A DNA stretch of 32,000 nt. Source: Candidatus Omnitrophota bacterium. GTDB taxonomy: Bacteria > Omnitrophota > Gorgyraeia > Zapsychrales > JANLHA01. A model generated the notes under the pieces. It was not told where the DNA came from. It searched no databases and worked only from the letters and a program-made list of their open reading frames with translations. Within the stretch, counting starts at the first letter, position 1. Each line of letters starts with the position of its first letter. Location: the NCBI GenBank assembly GCA_963662715.1, contig OY759724.1:1500001-1532000 (forward strand), in the 5' to 3' direction. A program made the translations under genes and the position numbers. This document shows positions 21,749 through 29,786 of this stretch, in pieces.

Positions 21749-22600
21749 TTAGTTGTGCCAAAAGTTGTGAGAGTTTAACGGAGATGGCTGAAGCCATCTT
21801 GGTTGAATAGCTTCCGGTGCCGGAGGCTTATAACCCAATGATCCATGCGGACGGATCGTATTATATTCCCACCGCCAGCGTTCCACCAACACCTGAGCTT
21901 CATACAATGTATCAAAAATTTCCAGATTTAACAACTCATCCCGTAGTCGCCCGTTAAAGGATTCAATATATCCATTTTCCCAAGGGCTTCCCGGTTCAAT
22001 ATACAACGTTTCCACTCCGATCCTTCTCAACCACCAACGGACGCGTTCAGCGATAAATTCCGGCCCATTATCCGAACGAATATATAACGGCACTCCTTTT
22101 TCAATAAACAATCGAGATAAAACATCAATCACATTCCTGGAATTGAGTTTGCGCCCAACTTCTATGGCCAGGCATTCCCGGCTATACTCATCAATGATCG
22201 TTAACATCTTTATTGGTCGGCCATTTGATGTCCGGTCATGAACAAAATCATAACTCCAGACGTGGTTGTGATGTTCTGGCCGTAATCGGATGCAGGAACC
22301 GTCATTCAGCCATAACCTCCTTCGTTTAGGTTGTTTCATCGGAACTTTAAGACCTTCCCGTCTCCATAAACGTTCGACTCGTTTATCATTTAATGGCATC
22401 CAGCCCGATTCGCGTAACAATTCAGCAACTTTTCGGTATCCATACCGTCCATATTGCTTGACCATATTGATCATAGCCTCAACTAATGCTCCTTCATCAT
22501 ATCGGCCTGAACATCTATATTGCTGTGTTGATCTTGCTTGGCTAAGAATTTTACACAACCGCCTTTCTGATACTTTGGGGAATTTCTCCTTCGCCCACAT
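21749..22600 (-). CDS. IS3-family transposase OrfB (copy B)
   Basis: 283 aa, identical to 17750-18601. Confidence 0.9.
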   Translation of the reverse strand: MWAKEKFPKVSERRLCKILSQARSTQQYRCSGRYDEGALVEAMINMVKQYGRYGYRKVAELLRESGWMPLNDKRVERLWRREGLKVPMKQPKRRRLWLNDGSCIRLRPEHHNHVWSYDFVHDRTSNGRPIKMLTIIDEYSRECLAIEVGRKLNSRNVIDVLSRLFIEKGVPLYIRSDNGPEFIAERVRWWLRRIGVETLYIEPGSPWENGYIESFNGRLRDELLNLEIFDTLYEAQVLVERWRWEYNTIRPHGSLGYKPPAPEAIQPRWLQPSPLNSHNFWHN

Positions 22601-22626
22601 AATCGCCCGGCGTTTCTTGGCCGGGC

Positions 22627-22902
22627 TTAGAAGTTTCCCTCATTGACTTCCTTCAAAATAGCGTTATCTAATGATAAGTCAGCCACCAGTTTCTTTAATC
22701 GGGTATTCTCCCGTTCTAGCTCTTTATACTTCTTGGCTTGATCTATTTTCATCCCGCCGTATGCCTTGCGCCAACGGTAATAGGTCTGTTCCGATATGCC
22801 CGCTTGTCGGCAGGCATCTCCGGTGTCCAGCCCTTTACCAAGGTGTATTTCAACTTCTCGTAATTTCGTAATTATTTCTTCTGATTTGAATCTTTTACCC
22901 AT
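22627..22902 (-). CDS. IS3-family transposase OrfA (copy B)
   Basis: 91 aa, identical to 18628-18903. Confidence 0.9.
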   Translation of the reverse strand: MGKRFKSEEIITKLREVEIHLGKGLDTGDACRQAGISEQTYYRWRKAYGGMKIDQAKKYKELERENTRLKKLVADLSLDNAILKEVNEGNF

Positions 22903-22997
22903 TTTTGCCCCTTTCTGTTATCATTATTCTATCACAAAAAGTGGCTCAACTTTTGGGGGGTGGGTCAATTTGTTAAGAAAGCAGGGGTGGAAATAAG

Positions 22998-23516
22998 ATG
23001 AATTATTTTTACGTATCAGGGAAAAACAATAGTTCTTTTGGCGTTGCTTATACGTGCGATGAAAAGGAAGTCGACCTTTCAAAGCCAGAAGAGATAAGAA
23101 ACTGGCAGACTCTTTCCTTTAAAATGGAGAAAGGAGTAATGGCTGATTTATTACCAAACAATATTACTTTGAAGCTTTGTTCTAAGAAATTAAAAGATAT
23201 TATTGAAAAGTATAAATCGGTCAATGACAAAATTCAATGGCTTCCTGTGTGTGTAGATAAGGCCGGACAAAAGGAGGATTATTATATACTTCATCTTTAT
23301 GAGTATCTGGATGTTTTAAATAAAGAAAATACTATATTCGGGGCATATAATTCAGTAATAAAGCCTGTTATTTCAAAAACCTCCGTAGGTGATCATATGA
23401 TATTTACATTTAGGGGAAGGGAATCTACTTTTTTTATTTCAGAGGATGTTAAAAAACATATTGAGAAGGAAAAATGTGTTGGAATTGAATTTGATAAAGT
23501 ATCTGCGACAGAATAA
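22998..23516 (+). CDS. Toxin-less immunity-like protein (172 aa), DUF1629/Imm11-like
   Basis: The pattern DLLPNNITLKLCSKKLKDII...IQWLPVCV...DYYILHLYEYLDVLNKENT...MIFTFRGRESTFFISEDVKKHIEKEKCVGIEF matches my recollection of the DUF1629 layout. It is unverified. Confidence 0.45.
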   Translation: MNYFYVSGKNNSSFGVAYTCDEKEVDLSKPEEIRNWQTLSFKMEKGVMADLLPNNITLKLCSKKLKDIIEKYKSVNDKIQWLPVCVDKAGQKEDYYILHLYEYLDVLNKENTIFGAYNSVIKPVISKTSVGDHMIFTFRGRESTFFISEDVKKHIEKEKCVGIEFDKVSATE

Positions 23517-23566
23517 TTGCGATGAAAGCGAAGAATAACAAAAGACGTTTTATATAAGTTCTTAAC

Positions 23567-23690
23567 TTAGATAAGTTATAAACCAAATATTAAGGAAATA
23601 GACAGGCATCCCAAACACTGTTGTTCATTCGCAGCCGGAAGCACGGCTTCGCTCGTCGCCCGGCGGGGGATGCCTCTCCGGGATTCCCTC
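23567..23690. repeat. Truncated copy of the junction/MITE-like repeat (left half)
   Basis: ttagataagttataaaccaaatatta...ggcatcccaaacactgttgttcattcgcagccggaagcacggcttcgctcgtcgcccggcgggggatgcctctccgggattccctc is colinear with 13383-13508, then diverges. Confidence 0.75.
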
Positions 23691-23820
23691 CTATTGGTTG
23701 CTATGCTACAAATCGGAAACGGCCTAAGCGATTTTAAAAAAAGAATTCAAACCAAGTGTCAAACCGGGGAGGTTAGGTAATTCAGGGAGGGATTCATGGG
23801 GTTCCAACTTCAAGAGTTTA

Positions 23821-24378
23821 TTGATGACAGAACAACTATATACAACGTGGATAGCGGAAATCAGAAGGCAATTTCAAACTGCTCCCCCCAGCGGGTGGGA
23901 GCTTCATTGGGATGCTGACCGATTTTATGATGATCTAAAAGAAATATTGGGAGGCAACTATAAACTATGTAATTGTACAAATTTCGACTATTCTTTTTGT
24001 AACTCTTACGAGTTAACTGTTGAAAACAAAAATGGGAATGAAAAATGGATTTTGGCAATTAAGGTTAGTTTTATTGTTGATGCTTATTCCTTACATTGGA
24101 CGTATTATCCAAGAAATAAGCAGGCATATGTGTTGATGGATCAAAAGGATGCACAGTTGCAGAATATTGAGGATAAAATCGTTTCTTTTTTAGGAAGTAA
24201 AGGTTTTTCAGATGTTTCACATAAAGTTTATAATATGAAGTTGGAAGATGTTAGTTTAGAATTAAGCGATCCAGATGAAGTAACTGTTGGAAAATGTTTA
24301 TTCGATGATTTTGAATGCCCCATTACCTTCCCGCATTGGAATCGCAATAAAATATTCCAGATGATAAACAATCAATGA
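23821..24378 (+). CDS. Hypothetical protein (185 aa), possibly another orphan immunity gene
   Basis: ORF with no recognisable motifs. The context is an immunity-gene array. Confidence 0.4.
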   Translation: MMTEQLYTTWIAEIRRQFQTAPPSGWELHWDADRFYDDLKEILGGNYKLCNCTNFDYSFCNSYELTVENKNGNEKWILAIKVSFIVDAYSLHWTYYPRNKQAYVLMDQKDAQLQNIEDKIVSFLGSKGFSDVSHKVYNMKLEDVSLELSDPDEVTVGKCLFDDFECPITFPHWNRNKIFQMINNQ

Positions 24379-24429
24379 TTAGAGAATATTTCAGTTTGTA
24401 TTGAGCGTAGTTTCATGTAATGACCCTAG

Positions 24430-25221
24430 TTAAGCAAGGATTTTTTTGTGTAGATCGAGTTCTTTGTTAATCCATCTTTTGTAAAACTCTTCAGGCGTAG
24501 CGAAGAATAATGCCTGATGAGGGAAATCGGTGTTGTAATCGTTGATCCAACGCTTGAAGTCATCTTGAAGATCAAATGGGTTGTCCCATTCATTGATCCA
24601 AATGAAATCTTCTTTGATTCTGCGGATGACGCGTTCGGTGTCAGCATTGCCTTTGGGGTTGGACCAGGTTGAGAAGATCTGCTTGATGCCGGCCAGTGAA
24701 CAATTAAGCCTGAAGCGCCCGCTGGTGGGCTGACAGCCATTGTCCGAGATCAGGTGCAGGTCATGATTCAGTGTGTCTTTGATGCCGTTTGGGAATCGGT
24801 TGTTGATGGCCATTTCCAGGGCATCCAGCCAGTCATCAGTCTTTGACTGGATGTTGAGGCTATAGCCGATAATTTCTTTGGTATACCAGTCTAGGACGAT
24901 GGTCAGATAGAACCAGCCCCAGGTCGCCAGTTTGATTTTTGTCATATCGATACCCCAGAATTGATTGGGGTGAGAAGCTCGTGGTTTCCGGCGGAGGTTG
25001 CCACGCTTGGCCTTCAAGCGATCGTTGGGTTGAACCGTTAATTGATTTTCTTGCATGAGGCGTTGGACACAATTTTTGCCAATTTTGTAATGTTTACGGT
25101 TGTTTAAATAGGCCCAGACTGAACGGTATCCCCAGAGGGGATGTTGCTTTTTAATTTGTCGGATTTTGACTAAATGTTTTTGGTCTTGTTCGATACGCTT
25201 TAGAGAACGGCGTCTTTTCAT
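24430..25221 (-). CDS. IS3-family transposase OrfB (rve/DDE)
   Basis: FWGIDMT, LISDNGCQP and NPKGNADTERVIRRIKE are the D, D and E regions. Confidence 0.85.
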   Translation of the reverse strand: MKRRRSLKRIEQDQKHLVKIRQIKKQHPLWGYRSVWAYLNNRKHYKIGKNCVQRLMQENQLTVQPNDRLKAKRGNLRRKPRASHPNQFWGIDMTKIKLATWGWFYLTIVLDWYTKEIIGYSLNIQSKTDDWLDALEMAINNRFPNGIKDTLNHDLHLISDNGCQPTSGRFRLNCSLAGIKQIFSTWSNPKGNADTERVIRRIKEDFIWINEWDNPFDLQDDFKRWINDYNTDFPHQALFFATPEEFYKRWINKELDLHKKILA

Positions 25222-25523
25222 AACTCGTACTCGTTTTTTTTTAGTTCAACGGTCAAGTCGCCGATGATGCGTTTGAGTTTGGCGTTTTCTTTTTCAAGAC
25301 GTTGCTCTTTCTGGGACTGTTGTTTGATGTCAAAGGCCATATGGCATTCTTTGAGGAACTGGTCGCGCCATTTGTAATATTGGGTTTGGCCAATTTGGTA
25401 TTTGTTACAAAGTTTACTGATGTCGATTTTCCCGCTGAGGCCTTCAAGCACGATTTGGGTCTTTTGTTGGCTGGTCCATTGGCGTTTTTTCATGGGAATT
25501 GGGCTCCTTTCCTTGGAACTCAA
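25218..25523 (-). CDS. IS3-family transposase OrfA (HTH)
   Basis: LCNKYQIGQTQYYKWRDQF plus the coiled-coil tail EKENAKLKRIIGDLTVELKK. Its stop overlaps the orfB ATG (ATGA). Confidence 0.85.
   Translation of the reverse strand: MSSKERSPIPMKKRQWTSQQKTQIVLEGLSGKIDISKLCNKYQIGQTQYYKWRDQFLKECHMAFDIKQQSQKEQRLEKENAKLKRIIGDLTVELKKNEYEL
25234..25242 (-). promoter_or_regulatory. A9 slippery run for a -1 frameshift producing OrfAB
   Basis: The minus strand reads gaa cta aaa aaa aac gag. A -1 slip gives ...ELKKKRVRVMKRRRSLK, which is the orfB frame. Confidence 0.6.
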
Positions 25524-25592
25524 TTCTACACCATTTGTTTAAATTTGTTAACTAGGGTCACTATATTCAGTAGGATGTTAATGAAAGAATGA

Positions 25593-25886
25593 ACGAGTAT
25601 TTTAGAAAAAATTTATGCAATTATTGCTAGTCTTTCTAAGCCATTAACTGCTGAAGAAAAAGATGCTTCTTGGAATGAGTCGAAAAAGGAAAATTATCTT
25701 GATTTTATGAAAATGTTACGAGAGGAAGTAGTTTCGAAAACACCGAATTTAAATAAACCCGAATACGCAGGATTAATTAAACGATTGGATTATATGGGAA
25801 TTATTAAAGGAGAAATACTCCAAGTGTCTGCGGAGCTTGATCATCTAATAAGGGAGTATAACAAAAAGAATAAGATTAAAAAATAG
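25593..25886 (+). pseudogene. 5'-truncated ORF remnant directly abutting the IS right end
   Basis: The frame is open from 25593, 33 nt from the IS end. It reads ...EKIYAIIASLSKPLTAEEKDASWNESKKENYLDFMKMLREEVVSKTPNLNKPEYAGLIKRLDYMGIIKGEILQVSAELDHLIREYNKKNKIKK* with no plausible start codon or RBS at its 5' end. Confidence 0.35.
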
Positions 25887-26056
25887 TTTAATAGTCATAA
25901 AGAGTAAACAACAAGAATATGGCCAGCTCAGTTTTAAATTGATTTCTATCCTTAATGCTGTTGTTTATTTTTACCTGGAGAAACTTGCCCCCTTGCCTGA
26001 TGAGGCAAGTTCTCCAGATGTGCTTCAAGTTTGTCTAATATTCCCAGCCCCCCAAA

Positions 26057-26461
26057 GTGCTAAGAAAACATTTCCGAACCATACCTAAATATCCTAGAAT
26101 TACCCTCCGAGAAGAAAGACGGCTTATCGCCAAGGCAAAGAAAGGTTCTCAAAAAGAATTGAATGAACTTATCGGGCGGCATCTCAGTTTTATTCTGTTC
26201 AGAATTTATAAAAAAGCCTTTCCTTCCTATATAAACCGTTTCGGTGAAGATATTTTTTCGGAAGCCGTGTTCATCTTGTATGACAAGATAGCAACATATA
26301 ACCTTCGGTATCGCGATAAAGAGGGGAATTACCGACCTGTCCGATTTTCTTCATATGTCTGGAAGCGAATCGATGGATTTATTCTTGACTCTTTGAAGAA
26401 GGAAATTGGACGTGAGAAGCGACAAATATCAGCAGATTGGGAAAGATATGAGGTGGTTTAA
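26057..26461 (+). CDS. Sigma-70 region-2-like protein lacking region 4 (134 aa)
   Basis: GTG start. LREERRLIAKAKKGSQKELNELIGRHLSFILFRIYKK...FSSYVWKRIDGFILDSLKKE resembles sigma regions 1.2/2. No -35-binding region 4 follows. Confidence 0.45.
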   Translation: MLRKHFRTIPKYPRITLREERRLIAKAKKGSQKELNELIGRHLSFILFRIYKKAFPSYINRFGEDIFSEAVFILYDKIATYNLRYRDKEGNYRPVRFSSYVWKRIDGFILDSLKKEIGREKRQISADWERYEVV

Positions 26462-26712
26462 AACGATGTCCCCCCTTCCCCGTTTGGACATGTTTAATTG
26501 ATTAACTATCAAATATTTACAGAAAATTTGGGTCTCCAAAAGTGGACAAATAAGACAAAATTTCAGCTAATTTTTCCCCTTCCAGAAAAGCTCAGGCTGT
26601 CGTAATAGGAGAACTCTCGGGGTTGGATAAAGTGGCAGACGGAGACAATTCACATATGGTCTGGTGGAAGATAGGAATTCCGCCTTAGCCGTAAGGCACC
26701 CCCGCCAAATAT

Positions 26713-26743
26713 AAAAAAGGGGAGCAATTAGCTCCCCTTTTTT
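26713..26743. terminator. Strong bidirectional intrinsic terminator
   Basis: aaaaaa-ggggagc-aatta-gctcccc-tttttt: a perfect 7-bp GC-rich stem flanked by an A6 run and a T6 run. Confidence 0.75.
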
Positions 26744-26896
26744 ATATTTGAAGAGATCCCCGATTTGAGCCGCAATCGAGTCGGAATTCCTTTTCGTTTG
26801 TGCGAAGCATATTCTTTTCTCTCTTTTCTCTTATTATATCTTTTAGAAAAGTAAAGGGGGCTTTCGGGCGGATGTCCGAAAATTTTTAATTAGACA

Positions 26897-26925
26897 TTGA
26901 CTTTGTGCTTCAAATATTGTATTAT
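26897..26925 (+). promoter_or_regulatory. Sigma-70-type promoter for the arsR-trx cluster
   Basis: TTGACT, a 17-nt spacer, then TATTAT, lying 18-33 nt upstream of the possible arsR starts. Confidence 0.6.
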
Positions 26926-26942
26926 CTGGATAAAGTGATTAT

Positions 26943-27218
26943 TTGGGGATAAGAATTATGGATTATGAGAAAGAAAGTGAAATGTTGAAAGCTTTGGGGC
27001 ATCCTGTCCGTCTTAAAATGGTGGAAGGCCTTATGAAAAATGAGTGTAATGTGAACAAGATCGTGGATGTTATGCAGATTCCGCAGTCAACAGCATCACA
27101 GCATTTGGGGATTTTAAAAAATCGGGGCATTCTGGTGGCGAGGAAAGAAGGGGTGAAAACGTGTTATAAGGTCGTTGATGAAAAAGTGCTGCAAATTGTT
27201 AAAATTTTAAGGGCCTAA
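26943..27218 (+). CDS. ArsR/SmtB-family transcriptional regulator
   Basis: LKALGHPVRLKMVEGLMKNECNVNKIVDVMQIPQSTASQHLGILKNRGILVARKEG is the canonical ArsR wHTH. The likely real start is ATG 26958. Confidence 0.85.
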   Translation: MGIRIMDYEKESEMLKALGHPVRLKMVEGLMKNECNVNKIVDVMQIPQSTASQHLGILKNRGILVARKEGVKTCYKVVDEKVLQIVKILRA

Positions 27219-27301
27219 AAATTTTTTGGGCAATAAATCCAATTATTACGATAAAACGATATTAAAGAAAGACAAAGAATAGTATTAAAAGGAGGTTGGA
27301 G

Positions 27302-27619
27302 ATGGAGATTACATTAACAGATGAAAATTTTGAAACAGAAGTGCTTAAATCTGAAGTGCCGTGTCTGGTTGATTTCTGGGCGCCCTGGTGCGGCCCTTGC
27401 CGCATGGTCGGCCCTGTGATTGAAGAAATTGCCGAAGAATACAAGGGGAAGATCAAGGTGGGCAAACTCAATGTTGATCAGGCGCCTGAAACGGCTTTGA
27501 AGTATGGGATAATGAGTATTCCGACGATAGCATTATTCAAAGAGGGGAATGTTGCCGGGAAAACCGTCGGAGCTCTTCCCAAAGAAAACTTGGTCTCCAT
27601 GTTTGAGAGTTATGTATAG
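27302..27619 (+). CDS. trxA: Thioredoxin
   Basis: VDFWAPWCGPCRMVGP active site, IPT cis-Pro region, about 105 aa. RBS aaggagg lies 6 nt upstream of ATG 27302. The track start at 27296 is TTG. Confidence 0.9.
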   Translation: MEITLTDENFETEVLKSEVPCLVDFWAPWCGPCRMVGPVIEEIAEEYKGKIKVGKLNVDQAPETALKYGIMSIPTIALFKEGNVAGKTVGALPKENLVSMFESYV

Positions 27620-27654
27620 GGAAAGAAATAGAAGCCTTAATTCTTGAAGGAGGC

Positions 27655-27855
27655 ATGTTTATGATTTTTTCATATGAATGTCAAGAATGTGGACACACCT
27701 TTGATCTTTTCATCGGTATGACGATGGAAAAACCGAAGATGGAATGTCCGAAATGCCAAAGCAAAGAGATCGTTAAGCTTATTTCGAAACCCAGTATAAA
27801 AACCAGCAGCCCTCATCCCGGCGGGAGTTGTTCAACGGGTAACTGCCCTTTTTAA
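27655..27855 (+). CDS. FmdB-family zinc-ribbon protein
   Basis: FSYECQECGHTFD...ECPKCQS is the paired CxxC signature. A C-terminal GGSCSTGNCPF tail follows. Confidence 0.7.
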   Translation: MFMIFSYECQECGHTFDLFIGMTMEKPKMECPKCQSKEIVKLISKPSIKTSSPHPGGSCSTGNCPF

Positions 27856-27905
27856 AAGATTGGCCGGAGGAAAAAGCCGTGAAGTGATTTTTTGGGGTAT
27901 GTCAT

Positions 27906-28451
27906 ATGATTTCGAATATCAAATTATGTTTAAAACACAGTGCTTGGATCAGCGGGAGGAATAGTGTCAGGTTCCAGCCGGGTATGAATGTTGTTATCGG
28001 GCCCAATGGTTCAGGGAAAAGCGCTCTGTTAAAAGCCATTTATGACTGTCCTGATTGCCGGAAGAAAAACAGCCAAGAAACACAGTACGGTTATTTTGAC
28101 AGTGAAACAATGAACCCGCATAGGTCTGAGGAACATTTTAAAGGTGTTTCCGGATCAGTCATCCGGGTGCGTGCCATGTTTTCCTCTCACGGAGAAACGA
28201 TGCGGGATGTTTTACGTCATATGAATTTTAACCCCGGAGACTGTCTGCTTCTTGATGAGCCGGAATCCGGACATGATTTTCATTGGGTGTTGAAAATTCG
28301 TAAAGGCTTGGAAAAAGTTGTGCAGATGGGAAGCCAGATTATTGTGGCATCGCATCATCCCCTTTTTTGGGATGCAGAATGTTTGATAGAGTTGAAACGG
28401 GGATATAAGGCACATGTTTTAGATAGTCTTAGAAAACAACTTTGTTCGTAA
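27906..28451 (+). CDS. Small P-loop ATPase (ABC/AAA_15-like), 181 aa
   Basis: Walker A GPNGSGKS, Walker B LLLDEPESGHD, an H-loop-like ASHHP, and a possible degenerate signature SSHGE. Confidence 0.65.
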   Translation: MISNIKLCLKHSAWISGRNSVRFQPGMNVVIGPNGSGKSALLKAIYDCPDCRKKNSQETQYGYFDSETMNPHRSEEHFKGVSGSVIRVRAMFSSHGETMRDVLRHMNFNPGDCLLLDEPESGHDFHWVLKIRKGLEKVVQMGSQIIVASHHPLFWDAECLIELKRGYKAHVLDSLRKQLCS

Positions 28452-28479
28452 GGAAATAAGCAATATTGTTGTTTAGATT

Positions 28480-28716
28480 ATGAGAAAAGAAGACTCCTCT
28501 ACCTCAAGGAAGCCGCTGGTTGGATTCATTAAGTGGTGGATTTTGATAACCGGACTTTATTCGGCAGCGGCCGTATGCCCTTTTTGCGGGCAGGCAGGAT
28601 GTCCGGCCGGAGCGGGGAGTGCCGGTGTTGTTGGAGGATGTCTTGCCTTTATAATGCCGTATGGCAAAGGCGTTTGCCGATATTTGAAGCAAGTTTTCTT
28701 TAAGCGCAGAGAATGA
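28480..28716 (+). CDS. Small Cys-rich membrane protein (78 aa)
   Basis: A hydrophobic core WWILITGLYSAAAVCPFCGQAGCPAGAGSAGVVGGCLAFIM carries a CPFCGxxGCP motif. No clear RBS. Confidence 0.4.
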   Translation: MRKEDSSTSRKPLVGFIKWWILITGLYSAAAVCPFCGQAGCPAGAGSAGVVGGCLAFIMPYGKGVCRYLKQVFFKRRE

Positions 28717-28778
28717 CGCGGGAATGCTTTTTTAATCGGATAATTCAAAATATAACTTGCAAATTGAAAGGGAGTGTT

Positions 28779-29246
28779 ATGAATTACTTGTTTTTCTTCT
28801 CGGGAATGTTTTTTATGGGGGCCTTGGTGTTTTTTGTTATGCCTAAGATGATGTTTGTCACCAAACAAAGTAAATATAATTTTTCAGATACGGTGGAGAA
28901 ACTGGAGGAGGCTATTATCGCGAATAAGTGGGGGCATCGCGGAACATGGTTTATTCATAATGACCTGATTCAGAAGCAGATTGAATTTAAGCCGCGGATT
29001 GCCAATGTTAATCTTTGCAAGGCGCCTTATGCCGCGGAAATATTGAATGTTGAACAGAACCGTTTTGCGGCGGCCTTGATGCCCTGCGCGTTTTCAGTCT
29101 GGGAGAATGACAAAGGCAAGGTGTTTGTTACCAAGATGAATACGGGATTAATGGGGCCTATGTTCGGAGGCGCTATCGCCAGAATTATGGGAAATATTGT
29201 CAGTAAAGAAGAAAAAGTCATGCTAAAAGATGTTGTCTATGCTTAA
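28779..29246 (+). CDS. DUF302-domain protein with an N-terminal TM anchor
   Basis: ATG 28779 follows RBS aaagggag. The N-terminal TM is MNYLFFFSGMFFMGALVFFV. FSDTVEKLEEAI...NLCKAPYAAEIL...AAALMPCAFSVWENDKGKVFV fits the DUF302 pattern. Confidence 0.6.
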   Translation: MNYLFFFSGMFFMGALVFFVMPKMMFVTKQSKYNFSDTVEKLEEAIIANKWGHRGTWFIHNDLIQKQIEFKPRIANVNLCKAPYAAEILNVEQNRFAAALMPCAFSVWENDKGKVFVTKMNTGLMGPMFGGAIARIMGNIVSKEEKVMLKDVVYA

Positions 29247-29260
29247 GTCAGGAGATGATT

Positions 29261-29419
29261 ATGAAATTTTTTATCAGCATATCCATCGGCCTATTACTCG
29301 GGAGTTTGATGGGGTATTTTGGCAGATGTTCAAGCGGTGTTTGTCCTTTAACAAGCACGCCTTTAAGAGGGGCTTTGTACGGAGCTTTTTGGGGCTTCAT
29401 GTTCAGCTTAATCAGTTAA
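29261..29419 (+). CDS. Small membrane protein (52 aa) with a CSSGVCP motif, absent from the ORF track
   Basis: MKFFISISIGLLLGSLMGYFGRCSSGVCPLTSTPLRGALYGAFWGFMFSLIS, with RBS aggag 6 nt upstream. I prefer it to the overlapping 69-aa track ORF 29230-29439, which has no RBS or motif. Confidence 0.55.
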   Translation: MKFFISISIGLLLGSLMGYFGRCSSGVCPLTSTPLRGALYGAFWGFMFSLIS

Positions 29420-29432
29420 AGAAAGGAATGAG

Positions 29433-29777
29433 ATGTTAAACACAAATTTAAAACATCTTCAATCCCGTGAGGAAATTGAAGAATTATTAAGGAAAAATGA
29501 AAATGTTATGATTTGTTGTGGCAGAATGGGGCCGATGTGCGTTCCTGTTTATGGGATTATGGAAAATCTTGAGAGTAAATATCCGCAAGTACAGTTTAGG
29601 GATATGGAATTTGATATTTCTGCCGCGGATTATATTAAAGAACTTCCCGAGTGCGCTAATTTTATGGGATTGCCTTTTACGGTATATTTTAAAAGTGGAA
29701 AGCCGGTTAGAGCGACAACAAGCATACAGAGCGAAAAGCAGATTGTCGCTGTGTTGGATGAGGTCTTCGGGAGATAG
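29433..29777 (+). CDS. Thioredoxin-fold protein with an atypical Cys motif
   Basis: 114 aa. VMICCGRMGPMCVPVYG sits where WCGPC is expected, and a later GLPFTVYF resembles the cis-Pro region. Confidence 0.6.
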   Translation: MLNTNLKHLQSREEIEELLRKNENVMICCGRMGPMCVPVYGIMENLESKYPQVQFRDMEFDISAADYIKELPECANFMGLPFTVYFKSGKPVRATTSIQSEKQIVAVLDEVFGR

Positions 29778-29786
29778 GAGCTTCTC

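Larger units (their letters stand above)
21736..22967 (-). mobile_element. IS3-family insertion sequence, copy B (1,232 bp), in direct orientation with copy A
   Basis: Offset exactly 3,999 nt from copy A. Every translated frame in the ORF track is identical between the copies. Confidence 0.9.
24421..25560 (-). mobile_element. Second IS3-family insertion sequence type (1,140 bp)
   Basis: Perfect 13-bp terminal IRs: tgaccctagttaa at 24421-24433 and ttaactagggtca at 25548-25560. It carries orfA/orfB with an A9 slippery run. Confidence 0.85.

Noticed and set aside
24426-25592. Alternative-frame and antisense ORFs in the second IS3-type element: 24426-24740, 24860-25072, 25253-25447 and 25302-25592.
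   Set aside because: They overlap the motif-supported orfA/orfB frames.
25975-26017. Imperfect 14/15-bp inverted repeat ctggagaaacttgcc...ggcaagttctccag, upstream of the sigma-like gene.
   Set aside because: It is not followed by a T-run and has no second copy in the window. Its function cannot be determined, though an operator is possible. I noted it without calling it.
28212-29221. Minus-strand ORFs 28212-28415, 28504-28692, 28557-28868 and 29027-29221 in the redox cluster.
   Set aside because: They are antisense to motif-bearing plus-strand genes in a tightly packed co-directional cluster.
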